Assembly (NCBI GenBank): GCA_028023455.1
Contig: JAQFVV010000011.1
Location: 5,828,001-5,892,000 of the forward strand
Reading direction: 5' to 3'
DNA from: Epiperipatus broadwayi
Lineage: Eukaryota; Animalia; Onychophora
Length of the DNA stretch: 64,000 nt
Shown: piece by piece, positions 27,346 to 37,987 of the stretch
Numbering within the stretch: position 1 is the first letter of the stretch
Layout: each line of letters opens with the position of its first letter
Notes under the pieces: model-generated
Told to the model about the DNA's origin: nothing
What the model saw: only the letters and a program-made list of their open reading frames with translations
The model's database searches: none
Program-made: the position numbers and the translations under genes

Positions 27346-27483
27346 ACCTTGTGGAGGGGTGTAAATATAAATATATAATCAAAGACATGTGAAAAAGATG
27401 TATGACCCCCAAAATGCACATTTTATGTCAAAACAGTACTTATTAGTTGGTCATATGTTTATGTTTACACCCCTCCACAAGGT
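27346..27483. repeat. Small inverted-repeat element (MITE-like)
   Basis: ACCTTGTGGAGGGGTGTAAA pairs perfectly with TTTACACCCCTCCACAAGGT (20 bp). Pairing continues imperfectly inward. Confidence 0.7.
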
Positions 27484-27799
27484 TTAAACAATATATTCTC
27501 AGTGTTTCAGTAATGATCAGTAAATGGCTATCTAAATATTTTTAACTAGAGTGTAAAACTACTAGAGTAATTTGAGTTAGGTAGATATGCTGAGTATAAA
27601 GACATAAAAGAAAAAAATAATTCCCGTATGATGTGACTTTTATTGTTCATTAGGAAAATGTCACATTTTTCTGGTTTCTGAGCCCATGATTATATTTTTA
27701 TATAACTATTATTATAAAACTATGAGGTATTTATAATTAATGTATTTCATATATATGTAATATAATTTTCTAAGGTTTTAGCAGTTCATTCCTCACTTC

Positions 27800-28060
27800 A
27801 GCTTCACCAAATGGTCCGACTTTCTATACTGATGGATAGCTGCGATAAAGTGGATTTGAGATCAAAAACCAAAAAACAGGTTAATGGATGGTCATGTCGC
27901 ACAGTTGATATGAGAAATCCTGATAAAAATCAGCACATGTACAAATGTTATATGAATTTATAACACTTGCAAGATTTCCATATTATTTATAAAATCCAGT
28001 ACGCATCTACAATATTCCTAAGTTTATAGAAATCGGTTGTAGATGTAATAATTTGTGGAG
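27800..28060 (+). pseudogene. Second, more decayed Merlin/IS1595-like transposase fragment
   Basis: TFYTDG*LR*SGF...VMSHS*YEKS**KSAHVQML has the same (N/S)H-to-AH spacing as the 35.5-kb copy. Confidence 0.45.
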
Positions 28061-30084
28061 AAATTAAGCAGAAATATTCTACAGTTTTCATTTATGATTT
28101 CCGTACATTCTTAATCGCAAAATGTGTCGAAAAACTTTGTTGGAGGTCCACAAATTATCAGACATTTTAGTCTTTTATCTTATCTTATTATTAAAATTTG
28201 TGCGTTTTTATTATTATTTTACGCCACTATTACTGCGAAAGTACCAGACATGCCCAAGCTTGTTGGGGGGGGGGGGTAAAAATTCAGTAGCGCTTTTTTA
28301 CTATTTTTTATTCACATTTGTATACTACCTCCCTCTTGTGAGCATTTATCGAATTACAATAAGTTCTTCATTTTAAAAAATCATAATCATAAATAATATT
28401 ATATTAATAAATAAATAGTACAGTGCATTCAAATAATAAAATAATTAGTAATTATCCTGGGAAAGATAAAAATAATTTTGTTTATCATGATGACTATTAA
28501 TACATTTATCCATTATTCTTCTATCTATTTTGCTCTTCAATTTGTTTATAAGAGAATACCGGCATTCAATTATCTGTTATTTCTACTTTTCTCCTAATAT
28601 ATTATTTAAATATGTTTTATTTCTCTATGTGCATAAAAATCTTTATTATCAGTCACCGGTTTTTTTTTTCTGGAGACACATACCTCTTCAATTTACATAT
28701 ATCATAAAATACCATATGTATTTTATACACACACCTCACAATTTGACTCTTTTCGTTTTTGTATTTCAAGTTTGCTTATTAGTTTTCTATGTTATATCTT
28801 ACTTTTAAAATCTTTTTTTTTCTATTAGGTTCAGTGCATATAATTTAATACCATTGTCATCTTTTATTTTTATTGTATGACACATTTTTCATTAAATTCA
28901 TATCTATTCACTTTTTTCCTGCTTTGTCTTATAAGACTTCATATATCAAACTTTTCATGAATCTAAAATTTAATATATCTTTATTAAATCTTTTTCATTT
29001 AATATGATTTTCAAATTTGCGCGATTTGTAAATTAAGGCCGTACTGAAACATGCTAAGGAAAAGTATGGTCATTTGATTTCATTCATTTGTAGGCAGTTA
29101 GTTGTAAGTGGTAAAAAAAAAAAATTCAAATTGATGTATAAACTTCTTTTTTTTAAAAAAAATATTTTTATTGAAGTTAGTTAGTATTAATTCTAATTTT
29201 AACATAATTTTTATATTATTTTTGGATATCTTATTTTCTATAATTAATTATTTTTTTATTTAATTTTACGAGTTCTTTATATATATTATTGTGAAATCTA
29301 TAAGTGATCTACATATTAATTTCATTTTATATACAACGTATATATTACATATATTATATTTAGATTTTTGTTTACCATTATTTTTTTTTTTTAATCAGTT
29401 ATAATACAGTGTAGATTTCGATATATTTTGAAACAAATTACAATTTATACGTATATAAAAGTGATTTTGGTTTCATTTTTAGAAAAATACTTTACAGTTT
29501 GCCCCCATTCAAAAATCTCAAAAACAGCGATTATCAACAACTTGCCACTAATTAGCGATATAAAAAAATATTAAAGAAATAAAAAATTGAAATTTATAAA
29601 TTAATTAATAATTCTTAAAATATATGCTTATATATCATTTGCGTGCGCGCGTGTGTATAGTAGCTGAAATTTTTTTGTCTCACAAAATTTTTTAGTTACA
29701 TCTTGCAGTCTTTACGAAGGCAATACATATGTTTCATTACATTTCTCTGTTATCTTTTAAAAATTTAATAATTTATTTAAGAATGGTCTCAAAACCAATC
29801 TTAGATAATCCAAATCTAAAAGAGACGATAAAATATTTCTTTTGTGTGAAAAAATGAAATGATTAATTTTGTTTTGAAAGAAAAATTGTGTTAATAATTT
29901 TTATTAGCTAGAGTGAAAAATTGGTACTGTCTTTGGCCGGCTCCATTTGTAAATTTATCAAGAAGAAAAAAAAATGTTGAGATTGGTTATGTTTTTTAAA
30001 ATGCTAATGATATAGCCACAATATATGATAAATATTTAGCAAAGATTGGAAAGGTGTTGAATTTGTAGCGATGAATAAAAGGAA

Positions 30085-30450
30085 TGATCCATTAGACATG
30101 GTACCTATTGCAACAGAAACCATTGACTCTACAGAGGAAGCTGTAAACTATTTATTGTAAATGAGTGATGGCTGCATGTTTAAGAAATTACACCAACAAC
30201 TTAAAACATTAGACTTACAGTAAAGACTGCATTGATGATAACATAGCTAACATTATGTATCCAGAAGAATTGAAAACGTCTATCATTAAGAATAATAATT
30301 TATTTGTGATAAAATTGCATTTTGTGAAAGAAATATTGAATGAATGTATTTTTGCAGGCAATAAAGTGTATGTAATTAAGGTGGGGGGGGGTATATTAAC
30401 TTTGAAAGTACACAATGACATTGCAGGTCATATGATTAATTCTTGAGTTA
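30085..30450 (+). pseudogene. Possible Helitron/PIF1 helicase remnant
   Basis: DSTEEAVNY (~30127), MYPEELKTS and FAGNKVYVI resemble the D.EEAVNYP.EFLN and G..V.IPRI segments of Helitron helicases. The similarity is fragmentary. Confidence 0.3.
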
Positions 30451-31839
30451 TTTAGGATCTAATAATCCCTGCTTTCTCAAAAACCAGAATAAAAATCATA
30501 TATCTAAATTATGGCAATATAAAAGATTATTTCTATTTTATTTATGGAATTTTATTGTTTATCTTGGAAATTAAATATTATCTAAAACAAATTTAAATTC
30601 AGAATTATGCTAAATATTGATAGTGTTATTTTGAACATAAAAATGTAAATCTTTTTTTTTTTTTTCCAAATACTTATTTTTTACTGCAATTTCCTAACCA
30701 AGATCATATTCATGCATTCAGTATTCAGTCAGATTTGAGAAGCCTTGAGTGCTAACTAATGCTCAATTGGTGTAATGCTGAAAATCATTCATTATTATGG
30801 ACACAGTAATATTTATAAAAGAAATAGTCAAAAAATTAAAACCAGAACCTCATAATGCATGTTGAAAGATTGTGTAGAGTAAAGATGTGAATGATTTTTA
30901 AACATGTTCTTTTAAAATTAAAACCCATGTGCTACACCCATAAGTTCTAAGCCTTGAGATTATAACAAGATATACTTCATGTTTATACAAAAATTTAGAG
31001 AAGGTTTTATTGATAAAACTGGTGAAGAAGTTATTCAGCGTATTGAAGGCCATAAGAAGAAATTTATGAGATAAAGAATTATAAGTTATTGTTGAGACAG
31101 TAATAAATGAGAAGGAGGAAAAAGAAGAACTGAACCACAAAATAGATATTAGGAAAAAAACAATGCAGTGTTACTGGTTGTACAGAGATGATTAGCAAAA
31201 AAATTTGCAATACCTGTTAGATCTTTTTGGTGGACTAAAAAGAAATAGTCTCAGAAAAAAAGAAACAGAAGGAACTCCATCACTTCCTCTTCGTCACACA
31301 TTATTTAGATTTTTCAGAAAAAGGGCTCATCTAATCTGTATTATTTCGTTCTTTAAAATCACTCAAAACAGATATATTTTTGATATTTTATCAGAAAATC
31401 AATAATCCAATTTTAATTATAAAAAGATTTTTTTAAAAATTATTATTATTATTTTGAGGTGGTAAAAATAATTGAATGAGTACATCAACAGTAGTATAGT
31501 GTGTATATATATATGTGAAAATATAAAAATTCTATTTTTTTATTTTTATTAATGCTTTATTGTATATAATATTTAATTAAAGTCAATGTATGTGTTTAAA
31601 ACTTATATATAGTTCTCTATTATTTACAAATTCTGATAATCACATGAAAGGCTTGGAAACCAAATGCCATTAATACAAGGAACTACTATATTTTGATTTA
31701 TATTTTTATACAATTTTTTTACTTATATTTTCAGACTTTTATGTGAAAAAATAAAATAATAAATGGTAAAATTACCCCTGGTTTTACACCACACAATTCT
31801 ATTCCACAGGGCCCACCACTAAGTGCCTTTCTTTTTATA

Positions 31840-33600
31840 ATCTACATAAATCCGCTGCTTCAAGAAATAGAGATAAGATTGCCCGGCATATACATTCCGG
31901 TAATCGACAAGACAGTAATGCATATAGCATTTATAGATGATCTCATGGTTTTCTTTCTTCTAAAAAATATCTCTCTTTACTAATTTCAATTTTGGAACAA
32001 TACTCGACCTAATACCACCTTCAGTTTAATCTAGACAAATCATCTGCATGGAGGTTTCTCATGGGCAATAGTGTTACATCTCCCTTCACTACAAATCCTC
32101 ATAATTTTCTTGGGTTCCTGATCTATAAGTCAATGACAGCTATGAGAAAGGCTATCCAGGAAACTATTCTAACATCAATTCAAAACATAGCAAAAACATT
32201 ATCCAAAGTTTACCTATCTATTCATGCAAAGGTCTCTCTCATTAGCATCTTAATCTTTCCAAAAATGAATTTCTACATGCCAATGGTCAATTATACCCAA
32301 TGCCTTTAAGAGAAAGATTAACTCACTTTGTCAAAACTAATATGGAACAAAAAAGTTGTGACAATTAGTATGTAATATTCATTAAGGCTGTAGCCTTAAG
32401 CACATGCGTATAAAATGCGATAGTAGGCACCTCAACAGGTCTTAAACTACAAGCTTACTCTTTGGAAGAAAAGAGGGGAACCCTTCTTTACTTCAATCTA
32501 CTTTCTATTTAAATAGGTGAAGCTGAAGCGGTTCGATCTGAGAGCGTGAAGCTATTCAATACTTCACTAATTAAGTCCACATTTCTTATTACACATTAAT
32601 GCTCGTGAAATCTTTTGATTTACAACAAGTCAATGGAAAGATTTTATAGTGAGAAATCTATTACGATAATTTAAAGTTTGTAATTATAAATTTATTTAAA
32701 AGCACATTGATTACGTAAGTAATATTCATTAAGGCTGTAGCCTCAAGCACATGCTTATAAAATGTGATAGTAGGGACCTTTACAGGTCTTAAACCACAAG
32801 CTTACTCTTTGGAAGAAAAGAACTTTGCAAAAGCATACCAAAGATAATGGTCTATCCCTCCACTCAATCAATATCTTTTTTTACCAAAAGGCATTCAATG
32901 CAATTTCCAGAATTATCTCATTCCATCCAAATGCCATCAAATTCATCCAAATTATCTTGATAGACAAATCACCCCCCCCCCCGTGAAAAGTGAATGGCTT
33001 TTATCCTTGGGTCAAACTCATTGCAGCTAGTATTGACCTGGATGAATAATTATTTCCTCGGAGAATTAACTTCTGGGAGATGTATAGCATATACATGGCA
33101 AGTGTCAACCAGCCCCATCTCTACTTAACATTACAAATAAGCAGATAATCAAGAAATTTAAATATTGGTATTTAGAAGCAAAATATCTAGATTTTATAAT
33201 CAAAATCAACTTGGATGCCCTCCCCACCAGCCACTTCCTATCACAAAGAAGAGGAATTGCAAAAATAGATCCAGTCTGTTCATTTTGTCGCCAATCTGAA
33301 GAAGCTACACATCACTTTATATACCAGTGCTCAGTTCTCCACATCTACAGAAATACTATCTAATCACTTACAAACTCTAATAAATCTACCATTTCAACCC
33401 TTACTAATAGCATTAAAAGGGGCATTTTGCCCTCAATTAGAATTGCTGCTTTCCTTTTATTTACCATTTGATCCCTGAAATGCTATCTTTGTTTCAACCT
33501 TACAGCTAATAAATTTCAATCACTCTTCTACAATAAAATTGGAAAAATCAAGAACAGAGATCAGCACTAGCCCTGCCAAACACAGTTATTGCATCATAGA
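31840..33600 (+). mobile_element. L1/Tx1-like LINE ORF2 fragment (RT motif to zf-RVT), decayed
   Basis: IPVIDKTVMHIAFIDDLMVF (FADD-like, ~31893-31950), NFLG, LSKVYLSIHAKVSLISILIFPK, and LDALPTSHFLSQRRGIAKIDPVCSFCRQSEEATHHFIYQC (~33210-33330). Confidence 0.7.
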
Positions 33601-34541
33601 GTCTGGTCTCCCTTCTGGGCCCACTATAGAGTTGCATTAGTTTTTTTTTTAATAATTGTCATTTTATATTATAGGTCTATTCGTATAGTACAATTTATAT
33701 AGTCTGAATTGAGAGTCACTCATTACAGTAGTAGTCACCAAGGACAACTCGTCATGTTTATAAACCCAAATGATGTTTAAACATTCAAAGATATTTTTCC
33801 CAGCATGATCAATCTAGAATCATCTGCTAATGGACATCATTTGAAATTTAGAGCAGGTTTGAATCATAACGAATATTTTGTACCAACGTTTTTGCTTCTC
33901 ATAAGTAACTTACATTCTTAGAAAAGTGTAAATATTGTTTGTCTGATATGTTAATTTTATAATGTAAAAGGCAATGCACTAACATATTAATTGTAAAACA
34001 CACTAAAGTAATGATACTGTGTTAACAGGATTGTTTTATCAAAATTGTATATTATTAACTGAATTTCACTGTATAAATAAATAATTTTAATTTAAAAAAA
34101 AAAAAAATAATTATAAAGAAAAAAAAATAATTAAATTGTTCCTATATTAAGATGATCTCTCATTCTGATTTGTAGCTTTGTGAGGAAAAAAAAATGGATA
34201 CAATTTAATATTCATATTTTTGTCTCCCAATTTTATTATTGTAAAAGCATTTTGTTCCTATTTAAAAAAAAGATATACTTTTACTATGTCTGTTTTTATG
34301 TATTATTTATCCAGTGAAAAAATTGGAAATAGGTATAAAAAGGAAAATATTATAGTGTACCCTTTGTAGACATTGACATGAATATATATGATAATAACAT
34401 TAAACCTGCCATGAAATATCTTGTTTATGTGAAGTATACTATGGCTTCATGAAATTATCCTGGTAAAAAAAAGATGTATACATTAGTTTTATATCAATAA
34501 ACATCACATGATCCTCATTTCTTATGCTTGCTTATAACTGT

Positions 34542-34862
34542 TATTAAAGCAGACAACCTCTCCATACAGTATTGCCACTCAGTGCAAGCCAGAGTAGTCA
34601 ATGGATGCCAGAATGCTTGTGCATAAAATCCCCATCTAGCACCTACTCATCCAATATCCCCAGACTACTTCTGGGATCCATTGATTAGCCAGAGTAATCA
34701 ATGGATGCCAGAATGCTTGTGTATAAAATCCCCATCTAGTGCCTACTCATCCAATATCCCTAGACTACTTCTGGGCATTGATTACTCTGGCTTGCACTGA
34801 ATGGCAATACTGTATGGAGAGTTTTGTCTGTTTTATACATTACCTATTGTATATATTAAAGC
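34542..34862. mobile_element. Tandem-plus-inverted element of the same family as the 54.5-kb hammerhead element
   Basis: Terminal inverted arms (CTCTCCATACAGTATTGCCA / TGGCAATACTGTATGGAGAG). Two ~89-bp units with a 100-bp period (34587-34675, 34687-34775) each end, on the minus strand, at a GAAGTAGTC remnant of GAAACTAGTC. Candidate TSD TATTAAAGC at 34542-34550 and 34854-34862. Confidence 0.7.
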
Positions 34863-34999
34863 TAACATTACTGTACATTTACTGTTCATGTTAATGGTAA
34901 TATTGTTGTCAAGTGAAGTTTTTTCTTCTGTATTATAGAAAATAATTAAAATTTGGGAGTTACCTTGTACTGAGATTGAGGTCATGCACTTTTTTTAAA

Positions 35000-35800
35000 T
35001 GTATGATATTCTGCTCTCACAAAAGTCTGCCGAAACGGGCATGATATGTCAATTTATCTCCACAGTTTATATAAACAGTGATATTGTAACATTTGCGGTT
35101 GTCATAAAAAAAATAGGCTTTCAGAAGGGAATGTGGTTTGAGAGACCTCGAATCACTCTTGTGATGATGCTATACTTTATTTATAGCTGGTCCCAAGAAT
35201 TATCATCCATTTTATGGGGAACAGCACAGCTGGTTATGTCTGATAACACCATCATAGACTGGAAATAACTATTTGAGAAAAGTCTTTCTCTGCAGTCTTA
35301 TCATGAGAAAAATATAAAATTGGTAGCCCTAACAAAGTAGTCAAAATAGATGAGAGCCTTTTCACTAAATGTAAAACCCAAGCTGGCTAAACACTTACAG
35401 AGCAGTGGATGTTTTGTGGTTTATGCAGGGAGACTAGTAACTGTTTCATCATCAGAATTCTGAACATAACAGTGACAACTCTGATGGAAGCAATCAGACA
35501 AAATGTGAAATAGGGTTTGACAATTTATTCAGATTGCTAACAATCCTACAAAAGAGATGAACTACGAGTTTCCAGTTACAAACATTTGTGTGTGAACCAT
35601 ACATACAACTTGATTGATCCAGAAACTGGTGCACATATCCAGAATGTAGAAATGTTCTGGGATTCAGCTAAATGATGTAATAAAAATAAGGAATAACTTA
35701 CAAGTACTTTGATTTATATTTGGCAAAATTTATGTGGTGGAGATTTTACAAAGAAGGGGACACCTTTGTCAGCATTTTGGACAATATAAAAAATTTCAAT
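35000..35800 (+). pseudogene. IS1595/ISXO2-like (Merlin superfamily) DDE transposase pseudogene
   Basis: KIGSPNKVVKIDESLFTKCK..QWMFCG..TIYSDC*QSY..YKHLCVNHTYNLIDPETGAHIQNVEMFW..YLAKFMW, with several in-frame stops and frameshifts. TIRs not identified. Confidence 0.85.
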
Positions 35801-35870
35801 CAGCCATAGTGTTTATTGTTTTATTATTTTTCTTTTTACTACATTTTGATTGACAAAAGTTTAGTTGTTG

Positions 35871-35967
35871 CATTGGTGGTCGAGAGGTCAGTGCGACTGC
35901 CTTGCACTTGCAGGCAGTTGCCCGGGTTGCGGGTTCGCATCCCGGCCGATGCTATGACACTTAAAAA
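35871..35967 (+). mobile_element. Short tRNA-derived SINE with 16-bp TSD
   Basis: A-box-like TGGTCGAGAGG, B-box-like GGTTCGCATCC, 3' GATGCTATGACACTT and an A-tail. Direct repeat AAAAGTTTAGTTGTTG at 35855-35870 and 35968-35983. CpG-rich. Confidence 0.85.
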
Positions 35968-36975
35968 AAAAGTTTAGTTGTTGTTTCTTTTTTTTTTTTA
36001 CACATTAAACTTACTTTTAGTTCACCATTTTGTTTTCAATAAATTGACCAATCAAGCATGTCGAAATATCTTGTACAGGCATTATTTAACAAGATCACAT
36101 GAATAAAACATCATGACAGGTCTAAAACATAACTACCTTTAAAATTTCTTTTCCATCACATTTTCTTGAAACATATAAACAGAGATATCTGAAAAATGTA
36201 AATGACTCTCAGGTGCATTTCTGACTTTCACATCTCTTGGTCATTTATTCAATATTTAGCAATCCCAAATTACTAAAATTTGATCTGCAAGACTCAAACT
36301 GCTTACATTCTCACCTTGATATTATCCACATTATACAATGAAGAATTCTGGTTTACCCATGCATCTTGAGGGTCATTCACTTTTTTAGATGTTTTTATTA
36401 ATATCTTTTAAGAATATGTGAAAAATAGATATTTCAGTGGAGTCTATTAAAATGAATCAATTAGTTCCAGGAAGCCATTTATTATGCAATTGCTTCATTA
36501 TAGTTTACATTGAAGTACATATATTTAGGGAATATCCATTCCAGGTTTTTTGCCATGACTAAAATTGCCACCCAAAACAACCCGTTTAAGCAAAAGAAAT
36601 ATAAAATATAAATGTAAAAATATCTCAATGCAACTTTTATTCTAGATAATTGAAATCCCTCTAGCTATAGCATAAGAATAATTTTATCAGTAAAAAGAGA
36701 AATACTGCTCTTTTATTGATAAAAATGCCTTATGTTAATTATAGCTAAAGAAAATTTTAATCACCTATAATAGCAGTTGTATTGAGATTTAATCTTAAAA
36801 CATTAAATATTCTAGATTAAACTATAAATATTTTATGTTAAATGTAAAAATTGATGGAACAAACAAGTCGGAATATGTTACTAAAATAAGCCACATGATA
36901 GATTCCCAAGGAATCATTTAAATAAATTTATTACTCATATCTTTGGTTATATCAACAACAATCTATTTTTTCCAT

Positions 36976-37064
36976 GTGTCATAGCATCGGCCGGGACGCG
37001 AACCCACAACCGTCTGCAACCAACTACTTGCTTGCATGGCGGCTGCGATACCTCTCGCTAAATG
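36976..37064 (-). mobile_element. Second copy of the same SINE family
   Basis: The minus strand reads CATTTAGCGAGAGG...GGGTTCGCGTCCCGGCCGATGCTATGACAC. The 3' end CCCGGCCGATGCTATGACAC is identical to the 35.9-kb copy and the middle has diverged. Confidence 0.8.
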
Positions 37065-37700
37065 TTGATTTTTTATCAGTTGCAAATGTTAATTGGTATG
37101 ATATTTTAATGATTTTAATAAGAACATAAATAATTTTGCAGCTTTTCAAATACCTAATGCTAAGAATATAAACCTGTTCACTGAGCAAATAAATAATGTA
37201 CATCAAATACATTTCTATTTTAAAGACAAACTTTTTTTAAAAGCATAAAATTAAAATATAAACTTGCATTGTCTTAATAAAAAGTCAATTCATTGATTTT
37301 AAAACTTCCACTTTTTATAAGGTAACATACAGCAATTATCCTATCTGACTAGAAGCTTCAACAACTTTACTTTGACTGTAATAAACTCATTTACAGAAAC
37401 AATACATGTATTACTAAAAAATAATAAAAATCTTCAAACAGTTATTTAATCTTTTCACAAATGATTGACTAATTGGCACTCCTTGCTTTTGATTAATCCA
37501 TATTTTAATTTATTATTTTTTTAAAAATGATATAGAACTTTGATGTAATCATATCATATTCAGAATTTAAATTCTGACAATTTCATATTATAAGCTTTCT
37601 CTTTTGGAAATGATCTTTCTTTTCACTTTAACACTGATCAACTTTTTGATAATATTTTTTATGCCTTATGATTAAAAGTAATATTTGTATTTAAAAAAAC

Positions 37701-37987
37701 AAAAACTACTAAAGTATTAAAGATTTTAAGACTTCTCATTCGATAATTTAATATACAAAATTAACAAAGCGTATGCCACACTTGAATGAGAAGCTATAAA
37801 GATACACAGAAATTATTACACACTAAGCGCTTTCGAGGTCTTTTGCCTCATATTCATAGCGGTACTGAATATGAGGCAAAAGACCTCAAAAGCGCTTAGC
37901 GTGTAATAATTTCTGTGTATCTTTATAGCTTCTCATTCAAGTGTGGCATACGCTTTGTTAATTTTGTATATTAAAAACTACTAAAGT
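37701..37987 (-). mobile_element. Fold-back insertion with degenerate hammerhead at its centre and 15-bp TSD
   Basis: Arms 37747-37856 and 37866-37975 (110 bp, 2 mismatches, both at CpG) around a 9-nt loop. A 31-bp one-sided extension spans 37716-37746. Direct repeat AAAAACTACTAAAGT at 37701-37715 and 37973-37987. The arms begin (C)TGAATA T GAGG-CAAAAGA-CCTC GAAA GCGCTT. Confidence 0.8.

Noticed and set aside
27831-27983. Short ORF MVRLSILMDSCDKVDLRSKTKKQ… with a possible CAG|GTTAAT donor, as an alternative first exon of PP2A B''
   Set aside because: The similarity to the PR72 N-terminus is weak, the donor is poor, and another frame is better explained as a Merlin transposase remnant.
34587-34775. 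CRISPR-like repeat array
   Set aside because: Only two ~89-bp units with no unique spacers, in a eukaryotic context with no cas genes.
34558-34821. Classification of the CTCTCCATACAG family as a classical MITE
   Set aside because: The arms are asymmetric, the tail is one-sided, the putative TSDs are 9-12 bp, and a hammerhead core or cleavage motif is present. These fit a PLE-derived retro-insertion better.
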